From positions 73,713 through 137,712 of the forward strand of contig JAPLKL010000051.1 in assembly GCA_026388095.1 (NCBI GenBank): a stretch of DNA of 64,000 nucleotides, read 5' to 3'. A model generated the notes under the pieces. The model was given only the letters and a program-made list of their open reading frames with translations. It ran no database searches and had not been told where the DNA came from. This DNA is from Elusimicrobiota bacterium. GTDB taxonomy: Bacteria; Elusimicrobiota; Elusimicrobia; UBA1565; UBA9628. The translations under genes were made by a program, and so were the position numbers. Shown here piece by piece: positions 9,022 to 19,601 of the stretch. How positions within the stretch are numbered: position 1 is the stretch's first letter; each line of letters begins with the position of its first letter.

Positions 9022-9594
9022 ATGACTACTAAAGGCTCGAAAGGCTGGTCGGCCATCCGCCGGCAGTTGATCAATCGGACCACGAGAGAGCTGCTGGCTC
9101 TAGTGAAGGACCTCTATGAGGTCTCGGCAGCAAACCGCGATTTCCTGCAAGCTCGCTTCCGGGGTGAAACGGCCGCCGGCCCGGCGCTGGAGCAATACCG
9201 CCGCACGATAGTGGAACAGTTTTTTCCCCAGCACGGCTTTGGCAAGCTCAAGCTCGCCGACGCCCGCAAAGCCATCCGCGACTATCGCAAAGCCACGGGC
9301 AACCCTGAAGGCACAATCGATCTTCTCCTCACCTATGTGGAGAATGGGACTGAGTTCACGAAGGAGTTCGGCGACATCAACGAAGCCTACTACAACAGTC
9401 TGGACTCCGCCCTCGATGAACTGGCGCGCCTGCTGCTCCAGTCCGGCCCCGCGCTCTATGCCCGGTTCCGGAATCGTGCCCTGCGCGTCAAGGAGCTGGC
9501 CAGGGACATCGGCTGGGGCTATGGGGACTCCGTCGCGGACCAAGTCGCGCGACTCGAAACGAGGTTCGGTCATGTCCAAATCCAAAGCTCATAA
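9022..9594 (+). CDS. hypothetical protein
   Basis: ATG with AGGA RBS 10 nt upstream; divergent from 8081..8971; no recognisable motif. Confidence 0.45.
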   Translation: MTTKGSKGWSAIRRQLINRTTRELLALVKDLYEVSAANRDFLQARFRGETAAGPALEQYRRTIVEQFFPQHGFGKLKLADARKAIRDYRKATGNPEGTIDLLLTYVENGTEFTKEFGDINEAYYNSLDSALDELARLLLQSGPALYARFRNRALRVKELARDIGWGYGDSVADQVARLETRFGHVQIQSS

Positions 9595-9826
9595 ATACTG
9601 GAACAAATTCCGCGGCTGGGCCCGACACTTCGGGGCCATCCGGGCCGAGGAGCCGCAAGCCTTCAGTTGGTGACGGGGATATTCTCGGACTGGTTCCTCA
9701 TGGACCGCAAGCTGACCCTGGTCAAAGGCCAGGTCGTGTCCCTGAGCGGGCAGGCCCAGCGGTACCCGCTCACCGAGGATTGGGACGCCGTCGCGCCCGA
9801 GGCCATCGGCTTCTGATTATGGTACA

Positions 9827-9845
9827 ATGTTCAATATTCGAACAT
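9827..9845. promoter_or_regulatory. palindromic operator candidate ATGTTCAATATTCGAACAT next to TGGTACAAT extended -10
   Basis: 6-bp arms ATGTTC/GAACAT, AT-rich in a 65% GC background, 10 nt upstream of the wHTH regulator start; the motif recurs at 34031 and 28692. Confidence 0.4.
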
Positions 9846-9854
9846 AGTTCCCAA

Positions 9855-10415
9855 ATGCCCACCCACGACGACACCCTGGCGGAAAAAGAATTCCTCCTCA
9901 TCCAGGAATTATCCCGCAAGCCCAACAGCACCCAGCGCGACCTCTCCCAGAACCTGGGGCTCTCCTTGGGAACGACGAACCTCCTCATCCGCAGGCTGGC
10001 GCGCAAGGGCATCATCAAGGTCACCCAGCTCGACTGGAAGCGCACCCAGTACCTGCTGACCCTCAAGGGCGCGGTGGAGAAGATGCGCAAGGCCTACCAC
10101 TACACCCGCTACACCTTGCGCATCTTCCGCCAGATCCAGGATAACATCAACACGGTCCTCACCCGGGAACACCGCGCCGGCCGCAGGGATTTCGTCCTCG
10201 TGGCCCGCGACGAGATATTGGAGCTCGTCCGAGAGACGGCGGCGGACCTGTCCCTGGCCGACGCGACCTTCACTTTCGTGCCCGCCTTCGACGAGGTCCC
10301 TGCGCGGGCGGACTTGGTCCTTACCGCGACCTTGGAGCCGGCTCCGAGACCCGTCAACGGCCGCCGCTACATGAGCCTGGTGGACTTCGACGACATAGAT
10401 TTCCGCATCCCTTGA
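9855..10415 (+). CDS. winged-HTH (MarR-like) transcriptional regulator
   Basis: N-terminal wHTH EKEFLLIQELSRKPNSTQRDLSQNLGLSLGTTNLLIRRLARKGII. Confidence 0.55.
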   Translation: MPTHDDTLAEKEFLLIQELSRKPNSTQRDLSQNLGLSLGTTNLLIRRLARKGIIKVTQLDWKRTQYLLTLKGAVEKMRKAYHYTRYTLRIFRQIQDNINTVLTREHRAGRRDFVLVARDEILELVRETAADLSLADATFTFVPAFDEVPARADLVLTATLEPAPRPVNGRRYMSLVDFDDIDFRIP

Positions 10416-10419
10416 CCCC

Positions 10420-11406
10420 ATGAAACGCAGACCTCGCACCCTCGCCGTGGCCACGGAGATCCGCCGCGTCATCGCCTTGGAGGCGCAGGCCCTCAAGGCT
10501 TTGCACGCCTCGGTGGACGGCTCCTACCAGAAGGCCGTGGAGCTCATGGCCCGCTGCCGCGGCAAGGTCATCCTCACGGGCGTGGGCAAATCCGGACTCA
10601 TCGCCCAGAAAGTGGCCGCGACGCTGGCCTCCACCGGAACCCCGGCCATCAACCTCGACCCGGCCGAGGCCAAGCACGGGGGCATCGGCCTCATCCAGCG
10701 CCAGGACCTGGTTTTGGCCATCGGCAAGTCCGGCGAGTCCGACGAGCTCAACGACCTGCTGCCCCGCCTGCGCGCCATCGGCACCAAGCTCATCGCCATC
10801 ACGGCCGAGCCGCGCTCGACCTTGGCGCGCGCCGCGACCGTGGTCCTGATCACGCCCATAGCCCAGGAGGCCTGCCCCCTCAACCTCACCCCGACCTGCA
10901 GCACCACGGCCGCCTTGGCCGTGGGCGACGCTCTGGCCGTGGCGCTCATGAAGCAGCGCAACTTCCAAGCCGAGCAGTTCGCGCGCAACCACCCGGCCGG
11001 CCAGTTGGGCAAGCGCCTGACCTTGACCGTGGCCGACGTCATGCGCTCGGGCAGGAGCAACCCCACCATCGGGGAAGACGCCAGCGTCAGCCGCATGCTC
11101 GTCGAGCTCACCCGCCAGCACGCCGGGGCGGTCTCGGTCGTGGACCGCAAGGGCCGGCTCAAGGGTCTGATCACGGACCGCGACATCCGGCGGGTGCTGG
11201 AGCTCGGACGCAACATCCAGGGGCTCTCGATCGCGCAGATCATGAACCCGAAGCCTACCAGCATCCGCCCCGAGGCCATGGCCTCGCGCGCGGTCGAGAT
11301 CATGGAACTGCGCAAGCGGCCCTTCAACGTCCTGCCCGTGGTGGACGGCCGCGGCCGCAGCGTGGGCATGATCCAGATCCACGACCTGCGCGCGCGCGGG
11401 CTCTAG
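10420..11406 (+). CDS. KpsF/GutQ-family arabinose-5-phosphate isomerase (SIS + tandem CBS)
   Basis: SIS motif VILTGVGKSG, C-terminal CBS pair. Confidence 0.85.
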   Translation: MKRRPRTLAVATEIRRVIALEAQALKALHASVDGSYQKAVELMARCRGKVILTGVGKSGLIAQKVAATLASTGTPAINLDPAEAKHGGIGLIQRQDLVLAIGKSGESDELNDLLPRLRAIGTKLIAITAEPRSTLARAATVVLITPIAQEACPLNLTPTCSTTAALAVGDALAVALMKQRNFQAEQFARNHPAGQLGKRLTLTVADVMRSGRSNPTIGEDASVSRMLVELTRQHAGAVSVVDRKGRLKGLITDRDIRRVLELGRNIQGLSIAQIMNPKPTSIRPEAMASRAVEIMELRKRPFNVLPVVDGRGRSVGMIQIHDLRARGL

Positions 11407-11457
11407 GGCCTGGCCCTGCGCCTCTATGGCGATACCTTTCCCAGCGGGAGACAGAGC

Positions 11458-12339
11458 ATGAAGGGGATCATACTGGCCGGCGGAGCGGGCACTCGGCTCT
11501 ACCCATGCACCAAGGTCGTGAGCAAGCAGATGATGCCGGTCTACGACAAGCCCATGATCTACTATCCGCTCAGCGTCCTGATGCTGGCCGGCATCCGCGA
11601 GGCGCTGATCATCAGCACGCCTCACGATCTGCCCTTCTTCCGCGAGCTCCTGGGAGACGGGACGCGCCTCGGGATGCGCTTCGCCTACGCCGAGCAGCCT
11701 CGCCCCGAGGGCCTGGCCCAGGCCTTCCTCATCGGCAAGGACTTCCTGGCCGGAGAGCCGGCCGGCCTGATCCTGGGCGACAACATCCTTTACGGCCATG
11801 GCATGACCGAGATGCTGCAGAAGGCGGCGCAGACCAGCCACGGCGGCCTCATCTTCGCGTATCAGGTGAAAGACCCGGAACGCTATGGCGTCGTGGAGTT
11901 CGACGCCCACGGCAAAGCCATCTCGCTGGCCGAAAAGCCCAAACGGCCCAAGAGCCACTACGCGGTCCCCGGCCTGTATTTCTACGGGCCCGAGGTTTGC
12001 GCCGAGGCGGCCAAGCTCAAGCCCAGCCCCCGCAACGAGTTGGAGATCACCGATCTCAACACCGCCTTCCTAAAGCGCGGGGAACTGCAGGTCCTGAAGA
12101 TGGGCCGGGGCATCGCCTGGCTCGATACCGGGACGCACCAGAGCCTCATGGACGCGGCGAGCTTCGTCCAGACGGTCCAGGACCGCCAAGGGCTCATGGT
12201 GGCCTGCCTTGAAGAGATCGCCTTGATGGCCGGCTGGATCGGGCTGGATGAGGTCAAGGCCGAGGCGGAAAGGATGGGCAAGAGCCCCTACTCCAGCTAT
12301 CTGCGGCATCTGCTGGCGCCAGACAGCGAAATTCAGTGA
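11458..12339 (+). CDS. rmlA: glucose-1-phosphate thymidylyltransferase
   Basis: [36 protein letters not shown] signature motifs. Confidence 0.9.
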   Translation: MKGIILAGGAGTRLYPCTKVVSKQMMPVYDKPMIYYPLSVLMLAGIREALIISTPHDLPFFRELLGDGTRLGMRFAYAEQPRPEGLAQAFLIGKDFLAGEPAGLILGDNILYGHGMTEMLQKAAQTSHGGLIFAYQVKDPERYGVVEFDAHGKAISLAEKPKRPKSHYAVPGLYFYGPEVCAEAAKLKPSPRNELEITDLNTAFLKRGELQVLKMGRGIAWLDTGTHQSLMDAASFVQTVQDRQGLMVACLEEIALMAGWIGLDEVKAEAERMGKSPYSSYLRHLLAPDSEIQ

Positions 12340-13529
12340 TCGGACAAGGGCTGACCGCGGCTCTGACGGTCCTGGCCTTCATCCTGCCGATCTCCATCGC
12401 GGGGACCAACATGGCCCTGTTCCTCATCGGACTGCTCCTATTGGCGGGCATCGCGAGCAGAACTCCTCTGGAATGGCGCCGCGCCTGCGTCCCGGCTTTC
12501 TGGTGTCTCTGCATCTACTGCGCCGTGGCCGTGGTGACGTCCTTGACGGGAGTCTTGTCGAAGAACAGCCTGCACGATCTTCACAAGGATCTTCACAAGT
12601 TCGGCGTCTTTCTCGGCCTCCTGGTCGCCTTGCGCGCGGCCCCCGCGCGCCGCTTGCCGGGCGCGCTGGCTTTGGGCTTCACTTTCATAGCCGGCTTCGG
12701 GATCGCGCAGTTCTGCCTGGACGCCCACCGGGCGCTCCAGGCCTACGGCACGCTCAGCGCCGGGATCCGAGCTCACGCCTTCGTGCATCCCGTGACGTAT
12801 GGGGAGATCCTGGCGCTGGGGCTGTTGGGAGCGCTCTCGGCGGTGGGCGCGACCGGGAGCACGCAGACGCAGCGCCGGCCGGCTCTCGCTTTCCTGGCCC
12901 TGGGAGCGGCGGCTTTGATCCTGAACCAGACCCGCGGCGCTTTGCTGGGCGTGGCGGCCGGCTTCGCCGCCTTATGCGCGGCCGAGCCGTCCTTCCGGCG
13001 CTGGCTCAAGTGGGGCGTCGCGGCCGCGGTGCTGGGAGCCATCCTGATGGAGCTTCTTCCCACCGGCAGGTCTCTCATGGCTTCTGTGGCGCATCACGGG
13101 ACCGCGGTCGGCGGGAACCCTCAGCTCCATCGCTTCATCTTGTGGGACGTGGCTTGGCGCATCTTCAAAGACCATCCTTGGCTGGGGGTGGGCCCCGCCA
13201 ATTACGCCACCGTGTTCGCCGAATACCACCAGGGGATGTTCGAAGGTCAGAGCGTCTGGGGCTCCGCGCACAATCTCTTCCTGCATCAGTCGGCGGAACG
13301 GGGGCTCCTGGGGCTGGCGGCCTTGGCCGCCTTGTGGACCGCTTTTCTGGCCGGGGCTTGGAAGCGGGCCCGCGCTTTGCCCGATGCCTGGAACCTGTGG
13401 GCCTTGGCCGCCACGGCCGCGTTCTTCGTCATGAACTTCACCGAGACCGCGTTCCAGATCGAGCAGGTCACGACCCTCTTCCTCCTCATCTGGGCGCGCG
13501 CGGAAGCCCGACACCATGCCCAGACCTGA
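12336..13529 (+). CDS. Wzy_C-domain membrane protein (O-antigen ligase/polymerase family)
   Basis: polytopic; [18 protein letters not shown] Wzy_C motif; GTGA start/stop overlap. Confidence 0.7.
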   Translation: MIGQGLTAALTVLAFILPISIAGTNMALFLIGLLLLAGIASRTPLEWRRACVPAFWCLCIYCAVAVVTSLTGVLSKNSLHDLHKDLHKFGVFLGLLVALRAAPARRLPGALALGFTFIAGFGIAQFCLDAHRALQAYGTLSAGIRAHAFVHPVTYGEILALGLLGALSAVGATGSTQTQRRPALAFLALGAAALILNQTRGALLGVAAGFAALCAAEPSFRRWLKWGVAAAVLGAILMELLPTGRSLMASVAHHGTAVGGNPQLHRFILWDVAWRIFKDHPWLGVGPANYATVFAEYHQGMFEGQSVWGSAHNLFLHQSAERGLLGLAALAALWTAFLAGAWKRARALPDAWNLWALAATAAFFVMNFTETAFQIEQVTTLFLLIWARAEARHHAQT

Positions 13530-14742
13530 GCCGCTGGTCCTGGCCCGCTGGGCGATGCGGTTCTGCCTCTGCTGTTTCTGCTTTCTGGTCACCTGGACCA
13601 TCGCGGGCGCCAACGTGGCCTGGGGCGTCCTCTTGGCGAGCCTCGTCGCCTTCGCCGCTCTCGGCGGGACCGTGGCCCTGGGAGCGCACCGCAGCGCCAT
13701 CGAGATACCCCTCTGGGTCTTCCTGGGAGCCGCCATCCTCGCCTGCGCCCTGGGGGTGGACCCGGCGCACAGCTTCCGGTCCATCAACAAGGACGTCCAT
13801 AAAGTCTTCATCTACACTTTGTTCTCCATCGCGCTGGCCACGGAATTGGCGCCGCAGGGCCTGGCCTGCATGGCGGCGGGCTTCGCCGTGGCCGGCGGCG
13901 TCGGGATCCGCCAGGGGATAGGCTATCTCGCGACGCACCAGTACTGGTACCGGGCCCACGCTTTGGTCCACCCGGTGACCTTCGGCGAGCAGATGGCCGT
14001 GGCCACGCTCGGCGCGGTCTCCTTTCTGGCCCTGCCTGAAGGCATCCTGAAGACGTCCTGGCAGCGCTGGCTGGCCCGCCTGGTGCTGGTCGTGACCGCG
14101 GCGGCCCTGGTCTTAAGCGAGACCCGCGCCGCTCTGCTCGGGCTCCTGGCGGGCCTGGCGGTGATCTCATTCTTCATCCGCCGCCTGCGCCTGCCCCTGG
14201 GCCTGGCCCTCCTTGTCGTGGCGCTGGCCATGCCGTTCATGGAACGTGCTCGCTACGGCCGCGCCCTGATGACGGACGTGCTGCTGGCTCAGCACCAGGG
14301 GACTATCCAGGCCGGCGGCCAATTGGAGCGCCTGCTGCTCTGGCGCGTGGCCTGGTCCATGGGCAAGGACCACTTCTGGACCGGAGTCGGGATCGGGAAC
14401 TTCCGCGCCATGCTGCCGCATTATCTCAGCGCCAAGTTCTCGGATGGGACGAACAGCTGGGGCACGGCCCACAACCTCTATCTGCACACCTTCGCGGAGA
14501 GAGGCGTTCTCGGGCTCTGCGCGCTCGTCTGGCTGCTGGGGGCGCTCTGGCTGCGCGCCTGGCAGCGAACGCGCCAGGAGGCGAGCCCCTGGAACCTTTG
14601 GGCCCTGGGCACGGCCACGGCTTTTCTGGTCATGAACATGACCGAAGAGGCCCTGCAGGTCGAGATCGTCTGGATGCTCGTCTTCTTCGTCTGGGTCTGG
14701 GCTGAGGCGCGCCACCGTCAAAGGGAAGGCTCATGGTCCTGA
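13516..14742 (+). CDS. Wzy_C-domain membrane protein, paralog of the previous
   Basis: GTAHNLYLHTFAERGVLG; tandem paralog. Confidence 0.7.
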   Translation: MPRPEPLVLARWAMRFCLCCFCFLVTWTIAGANVAWGVLLASLVAFAALGGTVALGAHRSAIEIPLWVFLGAAILACALGVDPAHSFRSINKDVHKVFIYTLFSIALATELAPQGLACMAAGFAVAGGVGIRQGIGYLATHQYWYRAHALVHPVTFGEQMAVATLGAVSFLALPEGILKTSWQRWLARLVLVVTAAALVLSETRAALLGLLAGLAVISFFIRRLRLPLGLALLVVALAMPFMERARYGRALMTDVLLAQHQGTIQAGGQLERLLLWRVAWSMGKDHFWTGVGIGNFRAMLPHYLSAKFSDGTNSWGTAHNLYLHTFAERGVLGLCALVWLLGALWLRAWQRTRQEASPWNLWALGTATAFLVMNMTEEALQVEIVWMLVFFVWVWAEARHRQREGSWS

Positions 14743-16007
14743 AGGGCGAAGCGAGCGTGACCCGCCGCCTGCGGCGCAATTCCTTCTGGAAGATTGTGGG
14801 CGACGGAAGCCGCGGCCTTCTGGCGGTGTTCCTGCTCCTGGTCGCGCGCCACTACGGGCCGGCCGCATTCGGCGTGTTCTCCTTGCTCTATGCCGCCGCC
14901 ATCTTCTTCTCCCTCCTGGCCGATCTCGGCCTCAATCTCCTGACCACCCGGCAGATCGCGGCCCACAAGTCGGATCCCGGGGCGTATCTGCAGACCTTTT
15001 TCACCTGCAAGCTCATCATCCTTCCCCTCTGGGTCATCCTGCCGGTCCTCGTCTGCAGACTGTGCCCCTATCCGGGGATATCCATCTCCTTGGTCGCGCT
15101 CTTGGCGGCGTCGTTCGCCATGCGCAATCTCCTGGAATTCTTCGGCGCAATATTCAGCGGCTTCGAGCAGATCCAATATGAAGCCGTCCTGAAGCTGGCC
15201 GCGCACACGCTCTTGCTCGGCCTCGGCATCTGGTTCATGTCCCGAGACCTCTCCATCACCTGGATCGGCGCCGCCATGCTGGGCGGCTACCTTGCGGCCG
15301 CGGTCTGCGGCGCCGTCTGGTGCCAAAGCAAATGGCGGATCCTCCCGCTGGTTTTCCACACCGAGGGACTTGCCATATTGTATGCCGAGGCTCTGCCGCT
15401 GATCTTGATGGGGGCTGGCCTGGCGGCGCTGACCAAATGGAACACGCTGATGCTCGGCTTCTTCGGCGTGGCGGCGGCGCAGATCGGCTGGTTCAGCGCC
15501 TCGGAGAAGGTCATCGCGGCTTTGGAGGTGCTGCCCATGCTGGTCACCGCGGCCAGCTACCCGGTGCTCTCCGACCTGCACAAGAACGACCCCGCCGGCT
15601 TCGCATCCGCCAAGGCCCGCCTGCTCAAGACGTTCCTCGGCATCGGCCTGCTGGCGGGGGCGGCCATCACGCTGTCAAGCGGGCCGATGATCCGCATCCT
15701 CTACGGCGCATCTTACGCCGGCGCCCGCCCGGCATTGTGCCTTCTGGCCTTCGGGCTGACGGCGGCGTTCCCGAACTGCATGCTGCTCAATATCCTGGTG
15801 GCTTCCGGCCGCTCCGCGGACGGCGCGCGCGCCGCCTTGATCGCCTGCGGCGCGAACATCCTGCTGACTTTGGTGCTGATCCCGGCCTGGGGCATCAACG
15901 GCTCGGCCTTGGCCTCGACCTTGGCGCAGGTGGTCCTGTTCGCCGCGGGCTATGCCTTCGCGGCCAAAGCCCGGACCCGGCCCGCCGCGGTGGGCACCCC
16001 CGCATAA
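14733..16007 (+). CDS. wzx: Wzx-type oligosaccharide flippase (polysaccharide biosynthesis protein family)
   Basis: ~12 TM MOP/MATE-like topology, N-terminal RRLRRNSFWKIVGDG. Confidence 0.7.
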   Translation: MVLKGEASVTRRLRRNSFWKIVGDGSRGLLAVFLLLVARHYGPAAFGVFSLLYAAAIFFSLLADLGLNLLTTRQIAAHKSDPGAYLQTFFTCKLIILPLWVILPVLVCRLCPYPGISISLVALLAASFAMRNLLEFFGAIFSGFEQIQYEAVLKLAAHTLLLGLGIWFMSRDLSITWIGAAMLGGYLAAAVCGAVWCQSKWRILPLVFHTEGLAILYAEALPLILMGAGLAALTKWNTLMLGFFGVAAAQIGWFSASEKVIAALEVLPMLVTAASYPVLSDLHKNDPAGFASAKARLLKTFLGIGLLAGAAITLSSGPMIRILYGASYAGARPALCLLAFGLTAAFPNCMLLNILVASGRSADGARAALIACGANILLTLVLIPAWGINGSALASTLAQVVLFAAGYAFAAKARTRPAAVGTPA

Positions 16008-16075
16008 CCCCGCGGTTCTCCAAGCCGGTTTTTCGCGGGACTCCGCATGGGACAGTTTGAAAGGCGATTTTATGC

Positions 16076-16109
16076 TATATTGATATTTGATTACTAATCG
16101 CTCAATATA
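16076..16109. promoter_or_regulatory. 8-bp perfect inverted repeat TATATTGA-N18-TCAATATA with TGcTATATT extended -10
   Basis: read directly in the AT-rich 110-bp spacer before the ATPase gene. Confidence 0.3.
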
Positions 16110-16121
16110 CAAGGTAGAGTC

Positions 16122-17273
16122 ATGCACATCAGACGAAGCGCTCTTCTACAGGATCTTCACCGCAGCGTGAAGGATCATCCGGTCACGGCCATTCTGGGGC
16201 CCCGCCAGTGCGGCAAGACCACGCTGGCTCGCGAATTGAACCGTCAGATCAAGGGGGCGTTCTTCGACCTCGAGAACCGTCAGGACCTAGCCCGCTTGCA
16301 GGACCCGATCCGTGTCTTGGGAGACCTCAGAGGCCTGATCATCTTGGACGAGGTCCAGAAGCAGCCTGGCCTCTTGGAGACCTTGCGGGTCTTGGCTGAC
16401 CGCCGGCCGCGGCGGGCGTCCTTCCTTATCCTCGGGAGCGCTTCGCCCGATCTTCTCCGGCATTCTTCGGAGTCCCTGGCCGGGCGGGTCCACTTCGTCG
16501 ACATGGGGGGATTCGACTTGGCCGAAGCGCCCCATATCGACCGGCTCTGGCTGCGGGGGGGCTTCCCGCCCTCCTACCTGGCCGCAAGCCTCGCCAAGAG
16601 CTTCGCTTGGCGGGAGGACTTCCTGCAGACTTTCCTGGAGCGCGATATCCCGCAGTGGGGCATCCGCGTGCCGGCTGCTACGCTCAGGCGCTTCTGGGGG
16701 ATGCTCGCCCACTACCACGGACAGACCTGGAACGCTTCCGAGATTGCATCCTCGTTGGGGACGGCCCATACCACCACGCAGCATTACCTCGAAATCCTGA
16801 CCGGCGCCTTCATGGTCAGGCAGTTGCCGCCTTGGCACGAGAACCTGGGCAAGCGACTGGTCAAAGCGCCCAAGGTGTATATCCGGGATTCGGGGCTCTT
16901 CCATTCACTCATGAGCCTCGAAACCAAGGAAAGTCTTTACGCTCACCCGAAATTCGGGGCATCCTGGGAAGGCTTTGCCCTGGAGCAGCTGGTCCGGCGA
17001 GTCCCTGACCGGCATGCCTATTTCTGGGGGACCCACGCCGGAGCGGAATTGGACCTGCTGCTCATCCGCGACGGTAAACGCTGGGGGTTTGAATTCAAAG
17101 TGAGCGAGGCGCCGAGCCTCACGAAATCGATGCGCATCTCCTTGAAGGATCTGAACCTCCAGCGTCTCTGGGCGGTCTATCCTGGGGCACACCGGTTTCC
17201 GATGGCTGATCGTATCGAGGCGATCCCTCTAGCTCAGGCCCTGCAGCTAGACGTGGTGAAGATGAATCATTAG
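16122..17273 (+). CDS. AAA-family ATPase with DUF4143-type C-terminal domain
   Basis: Walker A GPRQCGKTT, Walker B IILDEVQ; inserted inside the glycan operon after an AT-rich spacer. Confidence 0.75.
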   Translation: MHIRRSALLQDLHRSVKDHPVTAILGPRQCGKTTLARELNRQIKGAFFDLENRQDLARLQDPIRVLGDLRGLIILDEVQKQPGLLETLRVLADRRPRRASFLILGSASPDLLRHSSESLAGRVHFVDMGGFDLAEAPHIDRLWLRGGFPPSYLAASLAKSFAWREDFLQTFLERDIPQWGIRVPAATLRRFWGMLAHYHGQTWNASEIASSLGTAHTTTQHYLEILTGAFMVRQLPPWHENLGKRLVKAPKVYIRDSGLFHSLMSLETKESLYAHPKFGASWEGFALEQLVRRVPDRHAYFWGTHAGAELDLLLIRDGKRWGFEFKVSEAPSLTKSMRISLKDLNLQRLWAVYPGAHRFPMADRIEAIPLAQALQLDVVKMNH

Positions 17274-17275
17274 CG

Positions 17276-18067
17276 ATGCGGCTCTCCATCATCATCGTCC
17301 ACCACAACGCGCATGCCTATTTGAGGTCATGCCTGCGTTCCGTCCAAAAGGCCGGGGCGGGGCTTTCCGTGGAGACCATCGTGGTCGACAACGCCTCGCA
17401 GGACATGGCCGCGCTGACGCAAGAACACCCGCAGGCGCTTTGGGTTTTGAACAAGGACAACGTGGGCTGGGGAGCCGCGATCAACCAAGGCGCGGCGAAA
17501 AGCCGTGGCGACCTCCTGGTCTTCCTGAATCCGGACGCCGAGCTTTTGCCGGATTCTCTGAAGGAACTGCATGCCTTCTGCTCGGGGAAGACGGCGGAGC
17601 GACTGGGACCGGTCGGAGGCAAGCTCCTGTTTTCAGACGGCAGGCTCCAGCCCTCCTGCGGCCCTTTCCCACGCCTGCTCAGAATGCTTTGGCGCCGTCT
17701 ATTGCCGCCGGCAAAGAGGAAATACCACCTCCGCCAGCCTGATAGCGCCAGCCCGGTGGATTGGGTCACAGGCGCCTTCATGGCCGTCCGGCGATCTGTT
17801 TTCGAGGAATTGGGAGGCTTCGACAGCGGCTTTTTCCTTTATTATGAGGACGTGGACTTATGCATCCGGGCCGGGCAAAATGGCTATCCCGCCTATTTTC
17901 TCCCAGGGGCTGTCGCCTATCATCACCATCCCCATGCCGTGCGCGCCAAGCCGGATCCGCGACTCAGGCGCATCATCCAGGATTCAAGGTCGCGCTACTT
18001 TGAGAAGCACCGTCCGGCCTGGGAGCAGTGGGGCCTGAAACAACTACAACGCTTGGAGAACGATTGA
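17276..18067 (+). CDS. GT2 glycosyltransferase (rhamnosyltransferase-like)
   Basis: IIIVHHN ... VVDNAS ... YYEDVDL GT-A motifs. Confidence 0.8.
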   Translation: MRLSIIIVHHNAHAYLRSCLRSVQKAGAGLSVETIVVDNASQDMAALTQEHPQALWVLNKDNVGWGAAINQGAAKSRGDLLVFLNPDAELLPDSLKELHAFCSGKTAERLGPVGGKLLFSDGRLQPSCGPFPRLLRMLWRRLLPPAKRKYHLRQPDSASPVDWVTGAFMAVRRSVFEELGGFDSGFFLYYEDVDLCIRAGQNGYPAYFLPGAVAYHHHPHAVRAKPDPRLRRIIQDSRSRYFEKHRPAWEQWGLKQLQRLEND

Positions 18068-18119
18068 TAAGGCCTTTCCATAGGATGTGAGCCTTGGGAG
18101 CCATCAAGAGTTAAGCGCC

Positions 18120-19595
18120 ATGTCACGACTTCTCTTTGTCTACTCACAAGACCAGATATATTCATCACAGCATCCGATCGAGTTCTTTGAATACGTGCCA
18201 CTCGGGATCTCTTACATCAGCGCGCTCCTCAGGCAGCACGGTTGCGCCACCGACCTGGCCGTACTCTCCCCCTCAGCTCCCAGAAAGAGCCGGAACATTC
18301 TTGAGCGCAAGATTGCAGCCTTTGGCCCGGACATAATTGGATACTCTGCCGTCAGTACCCAGTTTCCCTTCCTCTCATCGGTCGCTGCTGAAGTCCATGC
18401 CCGGCGCCCGACGCTGTTTCAGATCATAGGCGGAGTTCACGCCACACTCGCGCCGGAAGAGGCTATCAAAGGGCCCTTCGACGCTCTCTGCGTCGGCGAG
18501 GGCGAACTCCCCCTCCTCGAATTGACGAAAACCCTGGCAGCAAAGTCCCCGCTAGCGCCCATTCCGAACCTCTGGATCAAGCACAATGGCGGCATCCTCG
18601 AATCTGCACCTCGGCCATTTCTGGACGATCTGGATAGCCTGCCATTCCCGGATCGAAGCATCTGGACCCAATGGATTCATGTCCCGACCTCGCCGCGGTG
18701 GTCCATCCTCCTCGGCCGCGGTTGTCCTTTCGAATGCACGTACTGCAGCAATCACGCCTTGAAACGCCTGGCGCCCGGCCCCTACGTTCGATTCCGCTCA
18801 CCAGAGAATATCCTGCGCGAGCTCGATGCGCTGACTGCTCAGTATCCGGCAATGCGGGAATTCTATCTGGAAGTCGAGACCATAGGACTGCGCAAGGACT
18901 GGGCGCTGGCGCTCTGCGCAGCATTGGCGGATTCCAACGCGAAACGGCCCGCCCCCTTGGCGTTCTCGGCGAATCTCCGGATATCCCCCGGCTGCGATTT
19001 CGTGGGACTCTTCGCCGCCATGAGGAAAGCCAACTTCACTCAGGTGAACATCGGCCTGGAATCCGGCAGCGAGCGTGTCCGCCGCCAGATCCTGCACCGC
19101 ATCTACTCGAACCAAGACGTGCTAAGAACCGTCGCGCAAGCGCGCGATGCCGGCCTGCGGATATCCCTGTTCAACATGGTCGGATTGCCTGGGGAGACAC
19201 CAGCCGACTTCCAGGAGACAGTGGCGGTCAACCGCGCTTGCCGCCCCGACAACCACAGCACGTCGATCTTCTACCCTTATCCGGGGACTCGCCTGCATGA
19301 GCTTTGCGCTGAGCGCGGACTCCTGCCGCCCGCGGGCCTGCGTGGCGACGTAGAGCGCTGCGCCCCGTGTCTGCAGTTGCCGGAATTCCCCCCGCGCGAG
19401 GTCCGCCGGGCCTTTGTCTGGTTCGATTATCATGTCTACAAGGGGATCCGGCCGATGCACCGCATCCTACCGCGGGTCGCCGGCGCATGGCTGCGTGCCC
19501 ATCCAAGGCTCATGAGCCTAGCCCGTCGCATCGTGCGCAATACGACCGTTGCCCGCGCGATCCGATTGGTGCCGCGATTGCGCAGCTATTTCTAG
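18120..19595 (+). CDS. B12-binding domain radical SAM enzyme (class B rSAM, probable methyltransferase)
   Basis: N-terminal cobalamin-binding domain, CPFECTYC CxxxCxxC motif. Confidence 0.8.
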   Translation: MSRLLFVYSQDQIYSSQHPIEFFEYVPLGISYISALLRQHGCATDLAVLSPSAPRKSRNILERKIAAFGPDIIGYSAVSTQFPFLSSVAAEVHARRPTLFQIIGGVHATLAPEEAIKGPFDALCVGEGELPLLELTKTLAAKSPLAPIPNLWIKHNGGILESAPRPFLDDLDSLPFPDRSIWTQWIHVPTSPRWSILLGRGCPFECTYCSNHALKRLAPGPYVRFRSPENILRELDALTAQYPAMREFYLEVETIGLRKDWALALCAALADSNAKRPAPLAFSANLRISPGCDFVGLFAAMRKANFTQVNIGLESGSERVRRQILHRIYSNQDVLRTVAQARDAGLRISLFNMVGLPGETPADFQETVAVNRACRPDNHSTSIFYPYPGTRLHELCAERGLLPPAGLRGDVERCAPCLQLPEFPPREVRRAFVWFDYHVYKGIRPMHRILPRVAGAWLRAHPRLMSLARRIVRNTTVARAIRLVPRLRSYF

Positions 19596-19601
19596 GGGCC
19601 G

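Noticed and set aside
9572-9673. 33-codon ORF (MSKSKAHKYWNKFRGWARHFGAIRAEEPQAFSW) overlapping the end of the 9022..9594 gene
   Set aside because: Too short and unsupported by RBS or motif; could be a small protein but cannot be supported from sequence alone.
9668-9835. ~55-codon open frame ending just before the wHTH regulator promoter (…FSDWFLMDRKLTLVKGQVVSLSGQAQRYPLTEDWDAVAPEAIGF)
   Set aside because: Looks like a gene remnant or small ORF; no start or RBS support and below the confidence threshold.
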